Source: Catajapyx aquilonaris (lineage: Eukaryota). From it: a DNA stretch of 41,703 nt. The stretch is taken from contig KZ538205.1 of the NCBI GenBank assembly GCA_000934665.2, forward strand, positions 62,001 through 103,703, written 5' to 3'. Shown here piece after piece: positions 26,301-37,000 of this stretch; the first letter of the stretch is position 1; every line of letters begins with the position of its first letter. The notes below the pieces were generated by a model. That model was not told the origin of the DNA, did not search any database, and worked only from the letters and a program-made list of their open reading frames with translations. The position numbers were made by a program, and so were the translations under genes.

Positions 26301-29242
26301 GTTTGCCCTTCAGTACACATAAATTTGTCCACGCATTCATGCGAGGCAGGTGCTTGTAATGGAAGCAAAGTGTTGTTGCTCGTCCTGACGGAAAAACTGC
26401 CAGACCCGTTCCAGAGTTATGTTGAAATCGCTGTTTTGTAATGAATCAGATACTGTGTGTTTATGGACCGGGCGTTTTGTTCCGATTTGAATAGCCCGCA
26501 GCCGTACATAGGCAAAAGGATGGGGACCACATATTTCGTGTTTGTGCTCTGTTTGTCAGACAGATATGATGGGCAAAACTGGACTCCGAACGTTATCGAC
26601 AATGATGGGAAGATACTTTTTTCATGCTAATTCAAAGCTCTGGTGTATATAGCACAAGCCCGCTGGCAGCAATTTAATTAAGGGTCAGCCCGAGTCACAC
26701 TTTTTAGCTGATTTTTAGGGCTGCCTCGCACCTAACCACACTCGATTGGATATCCCCCACCTGATTCATTTACCTATCCCTCGGGTATCCAAAAACTATG
26801 GTAACGGCGGCTAAGCTGCAGACATGTGCGTGGGAGATCCGGTGAATAATTGAGTCTTCGTACATGCGTCTATACAGGCCTTAGCGGAAAAGCTTTTACG
26901 AAATAATTACTGAGCAAGAAACTATACACTAGCAGAGCGGGAAGGACTTGAATGTAGTGGCGAAGTGTTGCGTGTAATTAAATTTCAGAGTTTCTAACTT
27001 TACAGTTTGGTTAACAAAGTTCTCCGTAGGTAATTAATCATTTCCATCCCTGCGAAGCCCTGCACAAAAGACGGGTGCGTATTACAATTAACGCTTTCTG
27101 CCATTACTTTGAGAATAGCACTTTATGCTAGCCTTTGTCATCGCATACAGTATATGAATCAAAATCTCAATTTTAAGTTATAGCAAGTCAATATTTAATT
27201 GACAAGTTAAAGTAACTCCTCTGGTTCCTCAAACTTTTTACAATATTATCTCACCTGATCCCAGCACTGTTAGAAGGCCGCTTGAGGGTATGATGCTCTG
27301 TCGAGTTGTTGAGGAAATTTTAACACTATAGCTCTCTGTTGTGGCGGTGGCTGTGTGGACCCTGCTGGGAATAGTGACAGTAGCACATAAGGCTTTTTTA
27401 TTATTTTAAAGTGGAGCAGCCACCACACCTTGACACCAATTTAGCCCTTGTGATATTAGCCAGACGAAAACTGGACCACACCCGTTCAACCCAGGTGATG
27501 TGCTTCTGTTGAACCAAAGGGTCCTGCCCATGGGAAATGAGCGACAGAGAGACCTCGTTGGGTATGTAGGTGAAAAAGTTGCACTCTGCAACTGCACCAA
27601 ATGCAGAGTGGTCGTATAATAGCATTAGGCGACGAGTTCAGATAGAAAACTTTCCCAAGTGAGACTGGGGAATACGTAAGCATGGGGTTTGAAATTTGGA
27701 AAAGCTCTTTCGTGGGACTGCCAAACGGGACCGACATGTTCAGTGTTTGCTCGTGGTATTTGAAATTGACAGGCCTATAATGAATAATGAATGTGGGGGT
27801 GCAGTAGACTGCATGTAATTATCAAGTTCTGGGTGTAATAGTTAATGCATGAGAAATGCGCGCTGGCTGACTATATTTAGCAATAAATTTAGCTCTTCAG
27901 CATACTAATAATGTTTGAAGCATATAATTATATTAATCAGTGTTGTTAAAACTAAATTATACTTCCAACATTTGCAGTACATACATTAATTTCATATCAT
28001 CTGTCATGACCCATGAGCGTTATTTTCACTTTGTTATTCAACTATACGACCTGCATAGCTGTGCATAGGAGCGGAGTCATTGAAATGAACAGCATGTTGG
28101 GAGGTGGGTGGGGCGCTTAATGAAATTTCCAGATTCAAATTTATCACATAGCTTAAATTGAGAGTGAATGATTTTACCAAGCGAACGCCCTGAATGATTG
28201 CGGGAAAAGCTGGCAAAGTTGGATGCTAAAAAAAATCGACTGCCAGTAATTTACGTCATTAACCCTTTCATCCTCCTCGCATTAAGCTTCCTGCTCCCTT
28301 TCAGCACGTTCATAATGCACCTCTGATGCATGACGAGCAACAAAACTCCCTGTGACGTAAATAAATTAACCAAGCAATCAAGTAATGCGTTACATTGGAC
28401 TTTCCTGAAATTGATGATAACAAAGTTACTGATGTGTTAAAGCCATCGGATATTATGTCAGTGGGATTAAACATGTCGTGATTTGCATTTTCCAGTTGCA
28501 GTTGGTGAAATTTGTGAAATATTGATATGACCCATGCGTTGTAGATATTCAGTACGAATCATCATGTTCAAAGGCTTGAAACAGAAATACACATTACCAG
28601 ATGGCTGAAAATTCTTTCACTTCAGGAACTCCATGCCAATAACGAGCTTTTCAATCATACATTTGTAATAATGAAATTCCCTTTCTGATTCCGAACAATT
28701 TCAAACCTTTCGAGGCACATTTTTATTCATAATCCCAGCAGCGATGCATGGGATGCATGATATCACAAGCCGAGCCGCAAAGTTCGAAAAATCTAATTTT
28801 TTAAAAAATACAGCATTCTGTCGTTAGCCTGGATTTCTGCACAAAATTGTAACTCGAAGAATGCTACTGGGGAACGGGTAATTACACAAAATTGGGCAGC
28901 ACCTGGTCAATCTCTAATCCTGCATGTGGAAATCACTGTGAAACATTATGTATAGCGCTAGTCATATTACCTGTAATTAATAACCTGCAATTTATCGGAA
29001 AGTTGACAGGTATTATTCCTTAACCTGTTTTCGTTAACCACGTGAACTCGGCACTTTCAGTAATTATTTAACGATTATTCATTCTAGGAATACCAGCTAA
29101 AGTACCTTTAAACGTGTTTACACAAGCTCGAGAGAACAGGTGTTTTCGAGCGAATTTGAAACACTTAAGCGTGGGAGAAAATCAACATGAACAGGGCGCG
29201 AGAAGTCAATGACGTATACATTTTCAGACTTTAAAAATCTAA

Positions 29243-29248
29243 TTTATT
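29243..29248 (-). terminator. Candidate distal polyadenylation signal of NCKX (a proximal AATAAA is at 30267-30262)
   Basis: AATAAA on the minus strand followed downstream by a U/GU-rich tract (tgttcatgttgattttct); would give a 3' UTR of about 1.4 kb. Confidence 0.4.
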
Positions 29249-29682
29249 GAAATAATTATTTGAGATTATTCCCCGAAAAGGTTATCTAAATCCTCTATTA
29301 ATATTTTAACATTGGAACATTCAAGCAATATTATCTAGAGACCGTATCAGGGAATCCACGAGTCTATAAGGTTTGAGATGCGCATATATTTAAAATCTCT
29401 TTATGTACAGAAATATTATGTCACACTACCGAAACATGCCGGTCTTGTGGCTAATTTGTGGGAATACTTTATGGGAATATGAAACACTCACGTTATTTTG
29501 CACATGTATAGGAAGTACTGGTACTGTATGCTAGACTGCCCTCTTATATACGGGAAGATATTATTACGTACTATACTAACTTACTCGTATACATTTAAGT
29601 ACCGTATACCTAAAGTAGAGTACGTAGCTTGCCCCGTCCCTTGATCTGGTTATTGTGGATATTTGCATATTGGTCGCTTATG

Positions 29683-29730
29683 TACTAAGCCATTTGATGA
29701 GGAGAAATCTCCTTATCAAATGGCTTAGTA
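29683..29730. repeat. Near-perfect 48-nt palindrome in the putative NCKX 3' UTR
   Basis: TACTAAGCCATTTGATGAGGAGA-aa-TCTCCTTATCAAATGGCTTAGTA: 23-nt arms with one mismatch. Confidence 0.92.
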
Positions 29731-30654
29731 TACCTTTTTGTATACCCTAAGTTAGTTATAAAGTGCATCTGACTCGCTGCACTGCACCAGTCGTGCAATT
29801 CACGTGAGACCTAAGTTTATTTATTTTTCCCCTGTTTTCTGTGAGAATAGCGATGAGTTAAGGCTCAAGAAAGCAATAAACGTGTAATTACGTTTTATGA
29901 CTGCACATAAGCATATTTCAGACCTGTCGTGTGAGTATTTTTAGTCACAGCAGGATGCATGTGATCGCATGCCCAGGCATACAAACTTGAATCATCTGGA
30001 GGCGTGCATATTAAAATGCAATCCTATTCACAAAACTGGTGTCATTAAAGCACGACGACGAGGTCTTCTAATGGCTTTGTGCAGGAGCACATGTGACACT
30101 TACGTCAGCACATGTATAGATTTCCCTTCTAATATATTATGGGCTTTCCTCAGTCCACATCTGTCATGCTTTTGTTCCGAGCCCAACGTGAGCATTCAAG
30201 CAGCCTTTTGAAAACTGGAACAGGATGATATACATGCTTTTGATTTAATGAAAACTTGGCATTTATTTCAATTGTTTTTCATAATTATGTAATAAGGTCA
30301 ATCTTGAAGTATTTTGCATGAACTCAAGGCCCATTCACAGTTACAGTTTTAACTCATGAAACATAACCGGTTGGGATCATCGAGGTATATTTTTACTGTT
30401 CAGATGAGCGCATGTGTTATGTACAGTACAGGCAGTATAGAGTTATTTCAGAGCGAGCAATCAGTATTGAATGGTCACTCCCCAATTATACAAAATGACC
30501 CAGGCTTGAAGTATTGGCTTCAAAAAAATGCAGTGCTAAATATTTACACTAATACTCCGCGATACAAAATAGAAAACAACAATAGACCCCATATCTATAA
30601 GAAACATTCATGGTTACAAGTGACATGGAAAATTTCATGAAAACGTGGCTGGAT

Positions 30655-31004
30655 TTAGAACGGGTTATCAGCAACGCAGGTGGGTAGATTGACCAGGAAG
30701 AAAACGTTGAGCTCGAAGAGCGAGGCAAAGACGAGGAAGATGGCATACATGACGAGAGCAGTAATTCCCACCCGCGTCCCAAGGCGGAATCCATTGAAGA
30801 GGAAGATGAGATAGAGCACAACAAGCGAGGAGAGGAGGATGATGGCACTGAACTCGATGCCAGTAGAGTATATCTGGATAAAGTGCTCGTCTGCATCCGC
30901 CACCGGGAAGAAGGAAGCTCTCACCAGCCAAGGTAGCCCCAGGCACAACAGGATGTCGAAGGTATTGGAGCCGATCGAGTTGCTCAGGCCCATGGAGCCC
31001 AGTC
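30655..31004 (-). CDS. NCKX: NCKX exon 8 (end of alpha-2, last TM helices, TAA stop)
   Basis: Acceptor ttgacag|GA; GLGSMGLSNSIGSNTFDILLCLGLPW...VNLPTCVADNPF*. Confidence 0.95.
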
Positions 31005-34000
31005 CTGTCAAATTATCAAGGGAAGGAAGGGTCGAGTTAGTGGTGCCGAATCAGCCTCAAACACTGGGGATTCTCACCTTGACGGGTGACAATCACACTG
31101 GAGACGGCTTCAGGGAGGCTGGTGCCTGCAGCCAGGAAGGTCAGGCCCATTACTGAATCTGGGACACCAATAGTGAAGCCTGGAATTCAAATGACGTGGA
31201 TCCTATATTAGTTCAGGAGAATTTAGGAGAATGGCTGTAATTTTCAATGAGTTGCTTCTCTTTAAATTAGCTGGTCAGATAACTTCCATGTTGGGCAGTG
31301 GCTTGTTTTGCCAAAAAGGAAAAGCATTGGAGGAAGTCTGCGAAGTTCCACTGCGATGGCAACTTCAGATGGGAAGAAGATGGGACGGGTGTCACTACGA
31401 AGATGTCACATGCGCGAAACCTGCCAGCTACTTTTTTTTTTCATTTCATTTTGACGCAGAGCTGAAAATAATGTGTTCCTCGAAAAATGCTGCACAGCTC
31501 GCGGCGTACACTGATCTGGGATATAGGCCCATAAAAGAGCCCACTTTTCTTTACACGCAGCGTCTAACACTCGGAAACCTCCCCGCGGATCGATGTCGGA
31601 CCTCAACTCTTTTGTGTACAACCAAAATTGAATTCGAACTCTTCCTTTTCCCCCTCTCTTATATATACGACACTCTTCTCCTACATCGCAGTTGGCCAGC
31701 CCACAAAAATAGTGTATTCCCGAAAGATTGGCAGGCTCGGTGACCACAAATTGCGACAAAGCTAGACGTCTCCAGAATCGATCCTCTCTGATCTCTCTAA
31801 TTGCTCTTCGATGTGGCTTTCACAGTTGAGGTCACTCTCAATCCCTTTGGAACTGAGACTCTGGCTGTGTCATCGAGCTGAAAAGTACCTCACCCGGAAA
31901 GGGTCTTGTAAGATCCAATATCGGGTACTTCTCTCCTGCACTTGATACCGGATATTTTTGGTTAAAGGGAGCAACGTCCACTCAGAGGGGTCCGGAGTCG
32001 ATGATAGAGTTACCCGGAGGCAAATCCCACTTCCCTTAGGTATAATGGAGAGACGGTGCGTGCCTCGCGGAATAATTCCAGCCCATTTGGTCCAAATCAA
32101 GGCAAAATTTTGTTTGACGCTGGAAACTTTGGTGAGACAAATCTCTCCAGCCCCGCTTATATCCTCTGCTAAATCGGCACGTTCATGGGCCCTCCCCAAA
32201 GGAGCCTCTTCCATTTGTTACAAATAAAGGGGACTATGAAATGTGCTTATGGCAGTCATAGGGGACAGCTCGGTTTAGAGCAAAGCTATGTGCTCTAAAG
32301 TCCGGAGTTCGATTCCCAGATTGGGCACGTAGCAAGATGTACGACGTGAGGTTTCACAACGCAGGCAATTGTTAGTAATAAGTTTCCAATGACAGTATTA
32401 TAATTACCAATGATAGTCATCATCCAGGCAACCATGTAGGAGAGGAACCCGATCCAGAGGACGCACATTGTGAAGGCAAAAGGGTACAATTTTATCCATC
32501 TCTCGTTTCGACAGTCGGGGATTGTGAGGAAGAAACCGAGGTTGATGGGCCAGGTGACGATCCAATATAACCAGGTTTTCCATCCTTTCCCTCTAGGTAG
32601 TGTGAACGGACCAATCACTGCGGAGATATTGAGAGAGCATGCAGGATTAGTAATGAGGATTTGGCTCGGAGTCTAATGGAAAATTAGGTGGATACGTACT
32701 CTCCTCGTCTAGCTTTTCTTCCTCCATCAAGGCTTTTTTGATCAGCTCGTGATCAGTCGACATTTGCCTTTCGGCAATCAGGTGAGTGGACAGTTGACGA
32801 TCCAGTATGGTGTGGAGCACTGGTCGTCCATTTTCAGCATCACCTGCGGATTGTCAGAAAAATTATTCATCGATTATTCATAGACATCGATCTTGCCTGC
32901 GAAGATGAAACCCTCTCCTTTCTGCTGTTGGGTGGTTATACACACTAGAACTGACTATTATTATTTATCGAATTTCCATTATCAAACTCAGTTATGTCTT
33001 AAAATGATTAATTTTCTATCATTCTTGTTGGAATCCTACAATAATATTGGATCTGTGAGAATTTCAACTACATGAATTCCTCTCACTCAATAGCATTACG
33101 TGCTATTTCAAGCGGAGAGCTCATTACTTTAGATCCCACACCATCGATTTTTAGGACTGAACAAAAGTTTAATGCAGACAACACCACCATTATAATACAA
33201 TCTTCGGCCCGATTGCTTCCCAGTGTGAAATGTTTGTAATTGCGAAAGGTTGTGACGGGGAATAAATGTGGCGCTTTTATGCAAATATCTGCTAATCTGC
33301 AGTTCCAACTGTGCAACTGAACCAATGCCCTGGAAGAACCCAACTCTCTCCCGTCGCCCTCATCGCTCCGTGCTTCATTTTGATGGATTATAACAGTCCA
33401 CTTGGGAGTGTGCTTTACACTTTCATCGTCACGTCCGAGGCACTTTGCCCGTCACTCGTAACCGCCATTTTCAGGTGACTCCCTAATTAGTTCTACAAAC
33501 TGTGCGACTCTTTGCTCCTAGGCAGAAGTCGCAATAAACCGCCACTGGAGCTAAAAAAAACCCAAAAATAGAACATTTCTGGGTGACGAATCAATATTCA
33601 TGGGGACGAAACCTTACCATTTTTACCGAGAAGAGGAGTGACCTCCGTGGTAGCATCCTCCAGCTCGGGCACCGTGCAGCATCTGGACCAGCACATCTTG
33701 GGGGCCATATACATAGCAAACTCCTTCAGCCGCTCGTTGAAGCACATGACTAGGATGTACCCAAAATAAGCCAAGACCAGAATCAGGGATTCCCACCACT
33801 CCACTTTGGAGTCGAAGATGAATACGATGAGCAGAACCACGGATATCCCGTAGGCAATGCAGTCTCGGGTCAGAGGCCACCAATCCAGTTGTATGACCTT
33901 GTTGGACAAACAAGCATTATTATTAGTGCTGTCGACAATACAGGGCTCATTTGTAGACCAAGGTGGCTCTGATGTATGTACACAACAATAGAAAACAGTT

Positions 34001-37000
34001 GTTTCCCCCGTTGCAGTACTTTCAAAATTATGCTCAGTTCTCTGTATTAACCGCCATCGGTGATGCATGGTTACCTGGTTGGTACAGAGGCCACAGCAGG
34101 CGGCCACTGCGAGGATGTTAAAGACGGCGCTACCAACGATGGTTCCCACTCCGATGTCACCTTCTGTGATGAATGTGCCAATGACGTTTGTGAACAGCTC
34201 TGGGGCTGAAGTGGCTGCTGCCATGAATGTGGCTCCTGCCACATCGCTTGATAGTTCCAGATCTGGCGACAAAAAACCCATTGTCACAAAAGGAGGTCAA
34301 CAACGTAAAAGAATTCGGAGGTCTGCTGGTGTACAGGGAAGAAAAATAGAAACCGTGACTTGCCATCGCAAAGACGCTCCAAAGCCGGGACGAAATAGTC
34401 GTCGCAGATAATAGCAAGTGCGTAGAGCAAATAGCAGCAGATGACGACGTGAAATAACACTCCTCCTTGTTTGCGCTCCTCTTGGCTGAAGAAATCGTTC
34501 GGGAAGTCGAAGATGGAAGGTGGGGTGCAGTTCCTGTGGTCAGGAAAATCTTGCAGCAGGTGCCTCCCTGACCAATAAACTGCTTCCTCTGTGAATATAC
34601 AAGCGGATGGAAGGTTAATCAATCAGATTACTAGTGTCGTATATCTTTTCATACATATAGCCTGGACGTGGGAGGCTGTTGAGGTAGAATTATCAAACAC
34701 AGAGTGTACAGGCGTGCAGTGTTTAAATATGGGCACTCTCTCCAATTGCATATGAATTTTAAATAAGCAATAACTCATAAATCACTTGTTTTTGTTTTAA
34801 CCCTTAATTGGTATCGTGGGGTCCTTTTTGGACCCCAGGGTATACTTATGTCACCACCTTGAAGCAGGTTTTTGTCAAAATGAAAATTCCCACACCTATA
34901 TTCCTGAATTATACTCTTTCGCACCTGAAAAAAAATTATAAGCGACGAAAAAAATTTCGAATGGGAGTTAACGTCATTTAAACGCTCACTAGTCGTCTTG
35001 GGGTCCAAAAAGGACCCCACGTTATCAGTTAGCGACCAGTTTTTTCCGACCCTAAAAAATAGACACGGCAAATTCATGATGTAGCAGTCATAAAAAATCG
35101 CAGAGGTGTAAAAAAAATTATCTATGTATAGTATTGTAAGGAGACTACCATTACAGCTGCTGGGTCACTTATGTGAGATACGGGTAAACAGTAAACACCG
35201 CCTCATCAGTCAACCAAGGGTCAGAGGAGGTCAAATTTTTTTCTATCTGCCACTTATAGTCCCGGCCTAATTTAGGAAGCATTTATATTTTGATTTTTTT
35301 GTTAATGTAAGTTTGTAATCGAAAAAACGACGTGGGGTCCAAAAAGGACCCCACGATACCAGTTAAGCATGGCTAAATGAGGATGCCAGTTAAGGGTTAA
35401 ATAATTTTGCATGAGAGCCCTGGTGAGATAATAGAAATTTCTGGAGTTATTGGCACAGCAGCCTGCAATCTGCTACAATATTATTCATGGCGGGAATACT
35501 GCAGGAGTAGACGCAACAACAATGCCTCCTGGAAAATATTATACTCGTACTTTCTATCTTTGAGCGTAATGATCATCATAATAGTTAAATTAAACTTGCC
35601 ACATGAAATCACTTGAGTTGTAAGAATTCACGAGGTATAAGTGGAATAGTCTTGAAGATTATAATTATCGTGTCCCTGTCGAACTCGTTTTCAGGTGTAA
35701 GTGTCGATGACAAAGCAGTTAGCTTAAAGACAAGACGTACGGTATGTTATGTTACATTATCTCTGGAATTAATACGTAATGGACATCTTTTCCCAACAGT
35801 GGTTGATAGAGTACAATCAGCCGGCCAGATACAAGCGCGATATTTTTTAACCGATTTTAATTACTGAACTTCGCTCCTTCAAGGTGACTATTCTGCCTTT
35901 TAAAGCTGCCACATCTTATAGTCATAAACAAGTAGTATAATGCGTACGTCCTGTACTGGTAATAATTATTTTAATCTCACATTCCACTTTGAGAAAATCT
36001 TGTGCACATCTAATAATATTACACCTTGTTAAAGTATCCAGAGCTGACTGCAGTAGGCCAAGACAAGATTGCTTAGCATCAGGTAGTACATCTTTCATTC
36101 TGGACGAAATTGGAAATTTGTTCTTCACGATAATAAATTGCTTCCCGAGAGTGTTTACCGAGATTCTAGTAAATGGGATGAAATCAATCTTCAGAGTATC
36201 CTGAAGATTGAAAAGTGACTTGTCCCAATAGTTAGCGCAAAGTAATAAATAATTCCAGGAGAAGAATAATTGCTCTTTCAATTGGTAACTCCGTGAAAAA
36301 CTTGACACACTTTTACTTAGTTTTTAAGTGTGATTTACATTCCAAATCTATAAATTATCATCGAATGTGCAGTAGCTATTCCCTATCTGAAATTAATGAG
36401 TAACACTGATCTACTGTAAAAGTTAATGCAATGTTTGATTCTATACATATTGTGGTGTTTACTGTATTTTCATTTAAAATTTACCATTTTGAATAAATGC
36501 ACAGTAAGTATCATTATGCATAGAACATAAAAATTATTTAAAATTATACCATAGTAGGCCTACTGTGTGCAAGTTTACCATAATGTATCATTTTAAAATA
36601 TAATCATGAGGCTGTAGGCTCAGTTTGCCATTTCTACTACTGATTGAAAACAATGAAAAATATTTGTAAAGTAGAAATACCTAACACGTACTGTAATAAT
36701 GATGTTTTGGCAATAATTCATTGCTGTAACACTATTATTGTGTAATTTTGCGCTGAATTGAAGAATCCTTTTTGTTTTACGCAAGTTTCAGGCCTAGCTT
36801 TACACCTTGACTTATGCCAATTGTGGTTTCAAAGATTCACAATAAATAATCCCCATAATTTTATTTAAGTGTAATTAGAGCTTGAAGCGATGGTGTTAGA
36901 AATTGTGTTTTGTCCTGCCAAGAAAGGAGTACTGTAGTTGTGTGAGAATAGCTTTTTGATATGAAGGGGATTAGGCCCTGTTGACTGTTGTTCAGTGTAA

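Noticed and set aside
27401..27737. Three overlapping short ORFs and a plus-strand PFNPGDVLL motif
   Set aside because: No coherent splice sites or recognisable domain; the motif is too short to call an integrase remnant.
28259..28275. TTAACCCTTT, a piggyBac-like left end
   Set aside because: No matching AAGGGTTAA right end nearby.
30549..31156. ORFs 30549-30896, 30668-30946 and 30839-31156 (also 33623-33913, 34067-34411, 34157-34417)
   Set aside because: Alternative-frame or antisense shadows of NCKX exons.
31231..32227. 170-aa and 114-aa ORFs inside NCKX intron 6, considered as a nested gene
   Set aside because: No recognisable domain or gene structure. Scattered weak RT-like fragments (IPKGS, DDTA, DLN..HI) hint at decayed retroelement sequence, but the spacing is too poor to call.
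33345..33490. Purine-rich stretch in NCKX intron 4, considered as an alternative cytoplasmic-loop exon
   Set aside because: Candidate acceptors lack a pyrimidine tract and all frames hit stops before a good phase-1 donor.
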